NCBI GenBank assembly: GCA_011682535.1
Contig: JAACEL010000001.1
Coordinates: forward strand, 1 to 44,489
DNA: 44,489 nt
DNA from: Nitrospiraceae bacterium
GTDB lineage: Bacteria > Hydrogenedentota > Hydrogenedentia > Hydrogenedentales > SLHB01
Direction of reading: 5' to 3'
Shown piece by piece: positions 35,218-44,432 of the stretch. Made by a program: the position numbers and the translations under genes. The first letter of the stretch is position 1, and every line of letters begins with the position of its first letter. A model generated the notes under the pieces. It was given only the letters and a program-made list of their open reading frames with translations, ran no database searches and was not told the origin of the DNA.

Positions 35218-36561
35218 ATGGCGCTATCGGGACTCGATATTTACAAACATCTGCCCAAGGAAAACTGTAAGGAGTGTGGCCTGGCCACATGTCTGGCGTT
35301 CGCGATGAAAGTGGCCGGCGGTCAGGCGACGCTGGACGCGTGTCCGCGGCTCGACGACGGCGCGAAAGCTGCCTTGGGCGAGGCCAGTGCGCCTCCGCAG
35401 CAATTGGTCACCATCGGTTCGGGCGACCATGCCGTCAAGATTGGGCAGGAAACGGTGCTGTTCCGTCACGATGACAAGTTCTACCACCCGTGCGCCGTGG
35501 CGATCTGCGTGGACGACACGCTGGACGGCGACGCGATGGGCGAGCGGTGCAAAGCCATCGGCGCGCTGTCGTTCGACCGAATGGGTACCACTTCGGCGGT
35601 CGGGTTGCTCGCCTTGCACAACACGTCGGGCGACGTCCAGCGCTTTGCTCAAGCCGCCAAGGCGGCCGCGGTGGCGTCGGACAAGCCCCTGGTGCTGATA
35701 TCACCTGACGCGGACGCGTTGCGCGCGGCAGGCGAGGCGACGGCCGATGGACGCCCGTTGCTTTGGATCAAGGATGCCGTCGAGAATGGAGACGCAGCCA
35801 TCGCGGTGGCCAAGGATCTCTCCCTGCCGCTTTGTCTTGAAGCGCCTGACTTCGATTCACTGGCGGCGCTGGCGGAGAAGGCCCGCGACGCCGGTCTCAA
35901 GGAGCTGGTGCTGTCGCCGGGACCGGTTGGCGCCGCCGAGGGACTGAGTTTCCTGAGCCAGAGCCGGCGTGCGGCCATCGAGAAGAAGTTCCGCCCCATG
36001 GGGTTCCCCGTGGCCATGGTGGCCATGGGCGAGGATCCTGTGGAAACGACCGTGGACGCATGTTGGTATACCCTGAAATACGCGGGTATCATCGTGACGA
36101 ACCTGTCCAGCCCCGAGCAGTTGCTCGCCGTGCTGACTACGCGCCAGGACATCTACACCAATCCCCAGGTCCCGGTGCAGGTTGAGCCGGGGCTGCACAC
36201 CATCGGCGATCCCGGCGCCGACGCGCCCGTGCTGGTCACCACCAACTTCGCCCTTTCGTACTACTCGGTGGAGTCGGAGGTCGAGTCTTCGCGCATTCCG
36301 GCCTACGTGCTGGCGGTGGACACGGAGGGCACGAGCGTGTTGACGGCGTGGGCCGCTGAGAAACTTACGGCGGCCACGATCACCGAAGCGTTGACTCAGT
36401 GTGGCGTGGGCGGCAAGATTGACCACAAGAAGCTCATTCTCCCCGGGCTTGTGGCCGTCCTGAGCGGGTCCGTTGCCGATGAATCGGGCTGGGAGATCCT
36501 CGTCGGGCCTCGGGAGGCCTCCGGCATTGTGTCTTATCTGAAGAACCAGTGGAAACCCTGA
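35218..36561 (+). CDS. acsC: Corrinoid iron-sulfur protein large subunit
   Basis: N-terminal LPKENCKECGLATCLAFAMKVAGGQATLDACP [4Fe-4S] motif. 447 aa. Position in the acs cluster. Confidence 0.92.
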   Translation: MALSGLDIYKHLPKENCKECGLATCLAFAMKVAGGQATLDACPRLDDGAKAALGEASAPPQQLVTIGSGDHAVKIGQETVLFRHDDKFYHPCAVAICVDDTLDGDAMGERCKAIGALSFDRMGTTSAVGLLALHNTSGDVQRFAQAAKAAAVASDKPLVLISPDADALRAAGEATADGRPLLWIKDAVENGDAAIAVAKDLSLPLCLEAPDFDSLAALAEKARDAGLKELVLSPGPVGAAEGLSFLSQSRRAAIEKKFRPMGFPVAMVAMGEDPVETTVDACWYTLKYAGIIVTNLSSPEQLLAVLTTRQDIYTNPQVPVQVEPGLHTIGDPGADAPVLVTTNFALSYYSVESEVESSRIPAYVLAVDTEGTSVLTAWAAEKLTAATITEALTQCGVGGKIDHKKLILPGLVAVLSGSVADESGWEILVGPREASGIVSYLKNQWKP

Positions 36562-38495
36562 ATGTGACGAATAGCGGCCAGGATAGGACGTGCACCGTAT
36601 CGTTTGCGCCGTCGGGTTCGAAGGCGGAAGTGCCGATTGGGGTCACTATTTTGGCCGCCGCGCGTGAAGCGGGCGTGTACGTGGAGAACCTGTGCGGCGG
36701 CGAAGGCGTGTGCGGTAAGTGCCGCGTTATTGTGCGTAGCGGCATCGTGCGGGGTGAGACCACCAACTACCTGACCCGTGAGGAGATCAAGGAAGGTTAC
36801 GTCCTGGCGTGCGAAGGCCGCGTGGGCGGCGATCTGCTGGTCGACGTGCCCCCTGAATCGCAGTTGTACGGCCGCGTTCGCGAGCCCGACATCGCCGAGT
36901 TGCGTCTGAAGCAGCGCACGGTTCTTGAACGGCAACCGGCGAAGCTCGATCCTCCCGTCAATAAGTACCATTTCACGGTGCCGCCGGCGACACTCGAGAA
37001 CAGCCGGGCCGACATGGAGCGGCTCGAGCATGAGTTGCGTAAGGTGAATGGGGGAGGCCACTACCAGGCGGGACTGAAGGTGGGGCAGCGGCTTCCCGGT
37101 GCGATCCGGGCGTCCAACGGCGAGGTGACGGTCACGGTGGCCCATCGTGGGGCGCTCAACGAGATCGTGGACGTTGTCGGCGGCGACCGGAGTAAGCCGA
37201 ACTTGGCGGTTGCGGTGGATGTGGGCACAACGTCGGTTATTGCCCATCTCGTGGAAGTTTCGACGGGACAGACCCTGGGTACGGACGCCAAGTACAACTC
37301 GCAGGCCGCCTACGGGGCGGATGTGTTGCGCCGCATCATCCATTGTACGGAACATCCCGATGGGCTGGCGCAACTGCACGCGATGGTGACGGACGACATC
37401 AACATCCTGATCCAGGAGTTGCTCAACAAGTTCCGGCTGAGCAAGAACTACGTTACCCAAGTCGTGATAGCGGGGAACACGACGATCTTGCATACGGTTC
37501 TCGGGCTGAATCCCGAGTGGATCCGGCGCGAGCCCTATGTGGGCGTGACCTATTCGCCGCCGCCGTTCCGCGCGGCGGAACTGGGCATCACGATCAGCCC
37601 GCGCGGGCTGGTCTACAGCATGCCGTGCGTCAGTTCTTTCGTGGGTGGCGACATCACGGCCGGCGTGCTGGCCACGGGGCTGCACGAGTCGGACGCGCCC
37701 CGCATGCTGATCGACATCGGCACGAACGGCGAGATTGTCATCGGCAACAAAGACTGGATGGTCTGTGCCAGTGCCTCGGCCGGACCCGCCTTCGAGGGCG
37801 GGGAAACGCGCGACGGCATGCGGGCCACGCGCGGCGCCATCGACCATCTCCGCGGTTGGCGCGTGGGCCATCCGTTCACCTTTTCGACCGTGGGCGACGA
37901 GGCTCCGTGTGGCCTGTGTGGCACTGCTTACGTGGACTTGCTGGTGCAGATGCTGCGTTTGGGCGTCATGGACAAGACGGGGCGCATTAACACAGATAAC
38001 GGCGTCGACCGCATTCGCAAGGGCGTGGATGACGTTCTGGAGTTTGTCGTGCTCGAAGCGGGCGAGAAGGGCGCGACGCGCCAACTGGCCATCACGCAGA
38101 ACGATATCGCCAATCTGCTGCGCGCCAAAGCCGCAGTGTACGCCGCTACGAAGGTGTTGCTCAATTCTCTGGGGCTTCAGATGTCGGACCTGAAGGAAAT
38201 ACTGGTGGCGGGCGCCTTCGGGAACTTCCTCGATCTGGAGAACGCCGTGGCGATTGGCCTATTGCCCGACGTGCCCGGCGAGCGGCTTCGATTCGTGGGC
38301 AACGCTTGCATCATCGGTGCGAAAATGGCCGCATTGAGCCGGGAACGCTATGACGAGGCACAACAAATCGCCAACGCCATGACGTATTTCGAACTGAGCA
38401 CCGACCCGACGTTCATGGAAGCGTTCACGTCGGCATGTTTTTTCCCCCACACGAACATCGAGGAGTTTCCCTCGGTCATGGCGACGATGTCATAG
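36549..38495 (+). CDS. acsV: Reductive activator of corrinoid enzymes (RACo): 2Fe-2S ferredoxin domain plus ASKHA ATPase
   Basis: LCGGEGVCGKCRVIV plant-type 2Fe-2S motif. ASKHA phosphate motifs VDVGTTSVIAH and IDIGTNGEIVIG. GTG 36549 overlaps acsC by 13 nt. GTG 36564 is an alternative start. Confidence 0.88.
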   Translation: METLNVTNSGQDRTCTVSFAPSGSKAEVPIGVTILAAAREAGVYVENLCGGEGVCGKCRVIVRSGIVRGETTNYLTREEIKEGYVLACEGRVGGDLLVDVPPESQLYGRVREPDIAELRLKQRTVLERQPAKLDPPVNKYHFTVPPATLENSRADMERLEHELRKVNGGGHYQAGLKVGQRLPGAIRASNGEVTVTVAHRGALNEIVDVVGGDRSKPNLAVAVDVGTTSVIAHLVEVSTGQTLGTDAKYNSQAAYGADVLRRIIHCTEHPDGLAQLHAMVTDDINILIQELLNKFRLSKNYVTQVVIAGNTTILHTVLGLNPEWIRREPYVGVTYSPPPFRAAELGITISPRGLVYSMPCVSSFVGGDITAGVLATGLHESDAPRMLIDIGTNGEIVIGNKDWMVCASASAGPAFEGGETRDGMRATRGAIDHLRGWRVGHPFTFSTVGDEAPCGLCGTAYVDLLVQMLRLGVMDKTGRINTDNGVDRIRKGVDDVLEFVVLEAGEKGATRQLAITQNDIANLLRAKAAVYAATKVLLNSLGLQMSDLKEILVAGAFGNFLDLENAVAIGLLPDVPGERLRFVGNACIIGAKMAALSRERYDEAQQIANAMTYFELSTDPTFMEAFTSACFFPHTNIEEFPSVMATMS

Positions 38496-38510
38496 GAGCA
38501 AGGCGAGCAC

Positions 38511-39269
38511 ATGGCGTTTTTGGCAGCAGTAACTGGAAAAGGCGGCGTGGGCAAGACGACGTTCACGGCCGCTTTGGTGCGGCTCCTGATCGAGCGGGGT
38601 GTGCGGCCGGTTCTCGCGGTGGACGCGGATCCGAACAGCTCGCTGGGGCCGTTGCTGGGGCTTCCCCCCGCCACGACGATTAGCGATATCCGCCAGGAGT
38701 TGCTCGAAGAGAAGATGAACGTGACGGAGATCTCGAAGGAACGCATCCTCGAGATGAAGCTCGAAGACTGCATCCAGGAGGCGGACGGCTTCGATCTACT
38801 GACGATGGGACGGCCGGAGGGTCCCCATTGCTATTGCTACGTGAATAGCCTGTTGCGCGGAGCCATGGCGAAACTGGAGTCCAACTATCGGGCAACGGTG
38901 GTGGACAACGAAGCGGGCATGGAACACTTGTCACGCATGAACACGAGTCGCGTGGATTGCCTGGCCGTCGTGTGCGAGCCCACGGCGGTGAGCGCGCGTG
39001 CGGCGAGCCGGATCATGGACCTTGCGGGCTCGCTCCCCGTGGATGTGGGCCGCAAGGTGCTGGTGTGGAACAAGGTGGGACCGAAGGGCATTTCGGACAC
39101 GGCCCGCGGCATGCTATCGGAAGCCGCTTTCGACGACGTGCTCTCGCTGCCGTCGGACGATGCGATAGCGGAATTGTCGGTTGAAGAACGAAGTGTCATG
39201 GAAATCACGTTACCGGAGCCTTTTCGCGGGCTGTTGGATGCCTGCATGCCCGGGGCGCCAACCAAGTAG
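38511..39269 (+). CDS. acsF: CooC-family Ni-insertion ATPase embedded in the acs operon (AcsF-type)
   Basis: AAVTGKGGVGKTTFTAAL Walker A, VDADPNSSL, and the Cys-x-Cys motif PHCYCYVNS. Confidence 0.88.
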   Translation: MAFLAAVTGKGGVGKTTFTAALVRLLIERGVRPVLAVDADPNSSLGPLLGLPPATTISDIRQELLEEKMNVTEISKERILEMKLEDCIQEADGFDLLTMGRPEGPHCYCYVNSLLRGAMAKLESNYRATVVDNEAGMEHLSRMNTSRVDCLAVVCEPTAVSARAASRIMDLAGSLPVDVGRKVLVWNKVGPKGISDTARGMLSEAAFDDVLSLPSDDAIAELSVEERSVMEITLPEPFRGLLDACMPGAPTK

Positions 39270-39293
39270 CGCATACGGAGAGATGGAGGAATC

Positions 39294-40274
39294 ATGAACA
39301 TTCAGGACACGGCACAGTCGTGGAGCGCATCCATCAATGAGTTGACCCTCGGCGCAACGTCAGCCGAGGGTGGCACCCGGGCGAAGACCGTCACGATCGG
39401 GGGAGGCAAGTGCATCCCCTGGCTGGCGTATGAAGGCAGCGTGGGCCACCGCCCGGCCATCGCGGTCGAGGTGTGGGACGCTGGGATGGGTGCCTGGCCC
39501 GCCGCCTTGCTCGAACAGTACGGGGACGCGACGTCCGACGCCGCGACTTGGGCGAAAAAGGCCGTGGAGTTGGGCGCGGACATCGTGGCGTTGCGCCTCA
39601 TGGGCACGCACCCCGACATGGGTGATGCCAGCCCCGATGAGGCCGCGGCAACGGTGAAGGCGGTGCTCGATGCCGTCGATGTTCCCCTGATCGTGTGGGG
39701 ATGCGACGTGGAGGAGAAGGACAACACCGTCCTGCCCAAATGCTGCGAGGCGGCCAAGGGCGAGAATTGCCTGTTCGGGACGATCAAGGAGAAGAACTAC
39801 CGGACGCTGGTAGCTTCGTGTCTGGCGGATGGGCATAAGCTCATCGCCGAGTCGCCTCTCGACATCAATATCGCCAAGCAGGTCAACATCCTGGCCCATG
39901 ACGTGGGATTCCCGCTCGAAAACCTGGTGATCTTTCCCACCACGGCTGCGTTGGGATACGGACTCGAGTACGTCTTCAGCATCATGGAGCGAGGGCGGTT
40001 GGCGGCGTTGGGCGGCGACCCGTTGCTGCAACAGCCGGTGCTGTGCGATGTGGGGTTGCAGGCCTGGCGCGCGAAGGAGGCGGTGGCCTCGGAGGAAGCC
40101 CTTCCGGGGTTCGGTCCAGCGGCCGAACGTGGCCCGCTTTGGGAAACCATCTCGGCGACCAACTACCTGCAGGCCGGCGCCGACATTCTTGTTCTCAGAC
40201 ATCCCGCGGCCATCACGACGACGCGCGATGCCATTGACCGGTTAGTGGAGGGAGCGGCCGCCTTGGCCGTCTAG
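39294..40274 (+). CDS. acsD: Corrinoid iron-sulfur protein small subunit
   Basis: A 326-aa TIM-barrel-like protein in the canonical position between acsC/acsF and acsE. The N-terminal SASINELTLGA...VTIGG pattern is typical of AcsD/CdhD. Strong GGAGG RBS. Confidence 0.8.
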   Translation: MNIQDTAQSWSASINELTLGATSAEGGTRAKTVTIGGGKCIPWLAYEGSVGHRPAIAVEVWDAGMGAWPAALLEQYGDATSDAATWAKKAVELGADIVALRLMGTHPDMGDASPDEAAATVKAVLDAVDVPLIVWGCDVEEKDNTVLPKCCEAAKGENCLFGTIKEKNYRTLVASCLADGHKLIAESPLDINIAKQVNILAHDVGFPLENLVIFPTTAALGYGLEYVFSIMERGRLAALGGDPLLQQPVLCDVGLQAWRAKEAVASEEALPGFGPAAERGPLWETISATNYLQAGADILVLRHPAAITTTRDAIDRLVEGAAALAV

Positions 40275-40309
40275 GCCGTACATAGGCGAACGATAAGGAG
40301 AGAAGTATC

Positions 40310-41101
40310 ATGCACGTCATCGGCGAGCGTTTGAATGGTATGTTCAAGGATGTCCGCAAGGCTCTGGAGGAGCAGGATGTGGCGGCGATCCAGGATCTGG
40401 CCAAGGCCCAAGTGAACGCGGGCGCGGGCATTCTGGACCTGAACGTGGGACCGGCCAAGGTCGATCCCCTCGAGGGGATGCGGTGGCTCATCGAAACGGC
40501 GGCGGCCGCGACGGAGGTTCCCCTTGCCATCGACAATCCCAAGTGGGAGATCCAGAAGGCGGTGGTCCCTATGTTGGGCGACCGCGCTATCATCAACTCC
40601 TGCAAGGCCGACGAGGAAGAACTGGACAAATACATGGCCCTGGCGGTCGAAAACAACGCGGGCTTGGTGGCCCTGACCATCGACAAGCAAGGCGTTCCGT
40701 CGGACGTGGATCGCCGGGTGGAGTTGGGCGCGCAGATCGGCGCGAAGGCTATGGAAGCCGGCCTTCCCATGGACAAGCTCTACATTGACCCGATCATCTT
40801 GCCGGTCAACGTGGCGCCCAAACAGCCCGAGAACGTGCTCGCGGCCCTCGAACAGTTGAAGATGCTGAGCGATCCGCCACCGCACTTTGTCTTGGGGCTG
40901 TCGAATGTCTCCCAAGGCTGCAACCATCGCAGTTTGATCAACCGCATTTACCTGGTCATGGCCATGTCGGCGGGGTTGGACTCAGCCATCATGGACCCGA
41001 CGGACAAGGATCTGATGGACGCAGTGATTACAACGGAATTGCTGCAAGAGAAGATGATCTACTGCGACTCCTTCCTCGACGCGCAGCGCATGCGTGGATA
41101 A
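40310..41101 (+). CDS. acsE: Methyltetrahydrofolate:corrinoid/iron-sulfur protein Co-methyltransferase
   Basis: Pterin-binding domain protein. The start MHVIGERLNG, DLNVGPA and LGLSNVSQG are AcsE/MeTr blocks. 263 aa. Confidence 0.9.
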   Translation: MHVIGERLNGMFKDVRKALEEQDVAAIQDLAKAQVNAGAGILDLNVGPAKVDPLEGMRWLIETAAAATEVPLAIDNPKWEIQKAVVPMLGDRAIINSCKADEEELDKYMALAVENNAGLVALTIDKQGVPSDVDRRVELGAQIGAKAMEAGLPMDKLYIDPIILPVNVAPKQPENVLAALEQLKMLSDPPPHFVLGLSNVSQGCNHRSLINRIYLVMAMSAGLDSAIMDPTDKDLMDAVITTELLQEKMIYCDSFLDAQRMRG

Positions 41102-41145
41102 GGCGGCTGAGCGCGGCTGAGCGTTTCTCGGGAGGAAGTGCAACG

Positions 41146-41535
41146 ATGAATAACCTACGCTGTCCTGGACGCAAGGCCAATGAGGCCTTGGATACGGTGG
41201 AGATTCCCTGTCCCGCGTGTGGCGCACAGGTGGAGATCTTCGGCGACGAGGCCCGTGTGCACTGCCGGTGTGGGGAATGGGTGACGCGCGATGCGGTGCC
41301 GTCCTGTGCGGAATGGTGCCCTGAAGCGGAAGCGTGCTTCGGGGCCATCGGCGGGTTCAAGCGGCCTGCCGGCGCAAGTGCCCGTGCGGGCCACCAGGAG
41401 GAACAACTCGAACGGTTTCGCGCATTGCAAAAACGGATTCGAGACGCCTTGTCACAGTGTTCCCGGCCCGACTTGAAAGAGCGGGGTACCACCCCGGAAT
41501 CCGTCGGAACGGAAGAAAGCGATGAAGACTCCTGA
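41146..41535 (+). CDS. Cys-rich zinc-ribbon protein with an acidic C-terminal tail (function unknown)
   Basis: Good RBS (GGAGGA). The product has C-P-x15-CPACG-x13-CRCG followed by SCAEWCPEAEAC. The tail is ESVGTEESDEDS. It overlaps the next gene by 14 nt. Confidence 0.6.
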   Translation: MNNLRCPGRKANEALDTVEIPCPACGAQVEIFGDEARVHCRCGEWVTRDAVPSCAEWCPEAEACFGAIGGFKRPAGASARAGHQEEQLERFRALQKRIRDALSQCSRPDLKERGTTPESVGTEESDEDS

Positions 41536-42139
41536 AAAGCAGGAGAACTACCAGGTGGCTTTTGCCCGCGCCCTTGAAGGAGCGCGGGCGCGCTCTTCCG
41601 ACGACTTGGCCGCGCTTGGCGTTGTCGCGGACGGCGACGGCGTTCCGTGCCTTCCCGTGCTGGACGCCGTTCTTGCCGTGGACCTGAGAGAGGGAAACGT
41701 CCGCTTGGCGGATGGGTCTTGCGAAGTCGGCATTGCGTGGCAGATCCTGGTGCTTCATTATCTGGAAGGCGCCGTTCCATGGCCCCCGGTGGCACGATGG
41801 ATGGGCTTTGCCGATTTTATCGACGCGCGCGGCTATGAATCGGTGCACCGCGGCCGCGTGCTGGCACGGCTTTGCGCAACGGCGGGGCGCGACCGGGACA
41901 CGTTCCTGTCGGCAAGCCGGAGGCTGAAGGGTCAGGCCATCGATTGGGGAGACGAGGGTTTCGAATTCGCGGTCTTTCCACGCGTTTCGCTGCGCGTCGC
42001 CTGGTACGACGGAGATGACGAGTTCCCACCCAATGCGTCCCTCGCCTTTCCCGACAACATCCTGTCGTTTTTTCCCGTGGAGGATGTCGTTGTCGTTTCG
42101 GAGCGACTCGTTAGCCGGTTGCAGGGGAAGGGCTGGTAG
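41522..42139 (+). CDS. DUF3786-like protein, recalled to neighbour acs genes (function unknown)
   Basis: About 205 aa. The W-Q-I-L-V-L-H-Y-L block, F-A-D-F-x-x-A-R-G-Y-x-x-x-x and FPRV...V-A-W-Y-D-G-D-D-E-F-P segments fit my recollection of DUF3786. The family call is from memory only. Confidence 0.5.
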   Translation: MKTPEKQENYQVAFARALEGARARSSDDLAALGVVADGDGVPCLPVLDAVLAVDLREGNVRLADGSCEVGIAWQILVLHYLEGAVPWPPVARWMGFADFIDARGYESVHRGRVLARLCATAGRDRDTFLSASRRLKGQAIDWGDEGFEFAVFPRVSLRVAWYDGDDEFPPNASLAFPDNILSFFPVEDVVVVSERLVSRLQGKGW

Positions 42140-42267
42140 AGGGCAGAAGAAGGACTTATCGCTCGCCTTGACCCAGAGTAGGCGGCATGCTACCGTGCTG
42201 TAGATTCGAGGGGCGGCGGTCGCTCCCCAAAAGACAGGGCGCTACTGTCAGGCGGAAAAGGGGCTCC

Positions 42268-43554
42268 ATGACTCAATCGGGATCCGGCCCCAAAGGCTAC
42301 TATGGCTGGCGCATTGTCGCTCTCATGTTCTTCACCTTGTTCTTCACGGCGGGCCACGGCTTCTACACGTTTTCGGTGTACCTGCCTCGTCTCATCGAAA
42401 CCCTCGAGTGTGACGTGTTCTCGGCGACCATTGCGATCGCTGTGTGGGCCGTCGTGGTAGGCTTGTCCTCGCCCTTCGTCGGGGTCTTCATGCAACGATT
42501 CGGCGCTCGGAAAGTGCTGATAACGGCCACCGCGGCCGCCGGAGCCGTAGCCTTCCTCATGTCCTTTGTCACAGCCCTCTGGCACCTTTACGCAATCATG
42601 GCGCTGTCGGGCGTTGCAGTGGCCGCATCCACACTCGTACCCGCCCAGACCATCGTCACCGTGTGGTTCCGCAAGTATCGCGGGCGCGCCATGGCCCTGA
42701 CGTTGATGGGCATCGGCTTGGGCGGTCTCCTGTTGCCACCCGCCACCTCGTACCTCATCGCTCATTTCGGCTGGCGCGGCGCGTACCGCGGCATGGGCCT
42801 GCTTTTCTACATTGTCGTGCTCCCTCCACTTGCACTGCTCCTACGCAACCGCCCCTCTGACGTTGGCCAGATGCCAGACGGTCTGGCGCTGGAGAAAGAG
42901 GAGGACGCCACAGCCCACGTGCCGTCCGGCGTATCGGCACAGCGCGCCGTTCGCTCGATGGCGTTCTGGCTTATTTCGGGCATTTATGTTCTTCAACTCT
43001 ATGCGATGTCCGCCATCGCCATGAACACCCAGGTCTTCGCCGAACACCAAGGATTCTCGGTGATGGCGGCTCCTTTGTTCATGGCTTTCGCGCTCGGCGT
43101 CACCTTGCCGGGCAGGTTCATCACGGGCGTACTGTGCGATCGTTTCAGTCCCAAGGGACTCATGGCTATCACTGGCCTGTTTATGGCGGCCGGCCCGCTC
43201 GTCCTCGAGGTGTGCGTAATCAAACTCGGTTGGACCGATTTTCGCGCCATCGGCGTATTCGCATTGTTGCAGGGCGGTGCGATCGCCATGAACGCCGTCG
43301 TGCTGCCGGTCCTGATAGGCCGCTGCTTTGGGGAACGCGAATTCAGCAAGATTATGGGCTTGATCATGGTCGGCTTTGCGGTAGGCATTCTATTGGGGCC
43401 TACCTCCGCCGGACGGATCTTCGACAAAACAGGTAGCTATGAAATCGCCTTCTTCGTCTGCGCCGCATGCGCCCTCCTATCCGTCCTACTCGCCCTGCTC
43501 ATCCGGCCCAATGCCCTGCATGCCGAGTTCCAGACGGCCCAAGCGCCGGACTGA
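42268..43554 (+). CDS. MFS transporter (monocarboxylate / oxalate-formate antiporter-like)
   Basis: 12 predicted helices. N-terminal YYGWRIVALMFFTLFFTAGHGFYTFSVYL and the loop FGARKVL are typical of this MFS branch. The start was chosen at MTQSGS (42268). The longest ORF starts at 42187. Confidence 0.75.
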   Translation: MTQSGSGPKGYYGWRIVALMFFTLFFTAGHGFYTFSVYLPRLIETLECDVFSATIAIAVWAVVVGLSSPFVGVFMQRFGARKVLITATAAAGAVAFLMSFVTALWHLYAIMALSGVAVAASTLVPAQTIVTVWFRKYRGRAMALTLMGIGLGGLLLPPATSYLIAHFGWRGAYRGMGLLFYIVVLPPLALLLRNRPSDVGQMPDGLALEKEEDATAHVPSGVSAQRAVRSMAFWLISGIYVLQLYAMSAIAMNTQVFAEHQGFSVMAAPLFMAFALGVTLPGRFITGVLCDRFSPKGLMAITGLFMAAGPLVLEVCVIKLGWTDFRAIGVFALLQGGAIAMNAVVLPVLIGRCFGEREFSKIMGLIMVGFAVGILLGPTSAGRIFDKTGSYEIAFFVCAACALLSVLLALLIRPNALHAEFQTAQAPD

Positions 43555-43562
43555 GCCGCCGC

Positions 43563-44432
43563 ATGCGCCGTGGACACGCCCTCACTGCCATCGCTGTGTG
43601 GCTGGCCGTAATGACCCTCGCCAATTCGAGCTGCCTGTCGCCATCGAGAAACAGCGTTATTGGAGCAGAGAAGATGAATAGCCCCATCCCCGACAAGACG
43701 GTTGTACTCACCTTCGACGATGCCGTGAAATCGCACGTGGCCTTCGTGGCGCCGTTGTTGAAGAAGCATGGCTTTGGGGCGACGTTCTTCGTGTGCAACG
43801 CGTGGATGGACGACACGGAGCATTTCATGTCGTGGGAGGACGCGGCCGCGCTGCACGCGATGGGCTTCGAGATCGGCAACCACTCTTGGACGCACGCAGG
43901 CTTCGTCACCGCGCAGGACGCCGAGAAGCTGCGGGGCGAACTGGCTCAGGTAGAAGAAGCCCTCGCCGCCGTGGGGGTGCCGCGCCCGGTGAGCTTCGGG
44001 TGGCCGGGCAACGGCTTTGGCCCCGAGCCGCTCGCCGTTCTACGCGAAAAGGGCTACCAATTCGCGCGGCGCGGCATGCAGCCCGAGCAACCCTACGGCG
44101 AGATCCGACTGGGCCCGCTGTACGACGTTACGCGACACGACCCGCTCCTCATCCCGACTTCGGGCGACGCGTATCCCGAATGGACGCTGGAACACTTCAA
44201 GAAAGTCGTCGACCGCGCCAGGGACGGCCGGATCGCCATCGTTCAGTTCCACGGCGTGCCCGACATCGCCCATCCCTGGGTCCACACGCCGCCCGAGCAG
44301 TTCCGCAAGTACGTCCAATACCTCGCGGACGGCGGCTTCCACGTGATCGCTCTGCGCGAAGTCGGCCGCTACCTCCCCGCCGCCGGCGAGATCGACGACC
44401 CCATGGCCCGCCGGCGCTGGCCGGAGAAATAG
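43563..44432 (+). CDS. Polysaccharide deacetylase (NodB homology domain), possibly a lipoprotein
   Basis: VVLTFDDAVKSH and EIGNHSWTH NodB motifs. From ATG 43563 the N-terminus MRRGHALTAIAVWLAVMTLANSSC looks like a signal/lipobox. ATG 43674 (MNSPIP), preceded by a GGAG RBS, is an alternative cytoplasmic start. Confidence 0.75.
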   Translation: MRRGHALTAIAVWLAVMTLANSSCLSPSRNSVIGAEKMNSPIPDKTVVLTFDDAVKSHVAFVAPLLKKHGFGATFFVCNAWMDDTEHFMSWEDAAALHAMGFEIGNHSWTHAGFVTAQDAEKLRGELAQVEEALAAVGVPRPVSFGWPGNGFGPEPLAVLREKGYQFARRGMQPEQPYGEIRLGPLYDVTRHDPLLIPTSGDAYPEWTLEHFKKVVDRARDGRIAIVQFHGVPDIAHPWVHTPPEQFRKYVQYLADGGFHVIALREVGRYLPAAGEIDDPMARRRWPEK

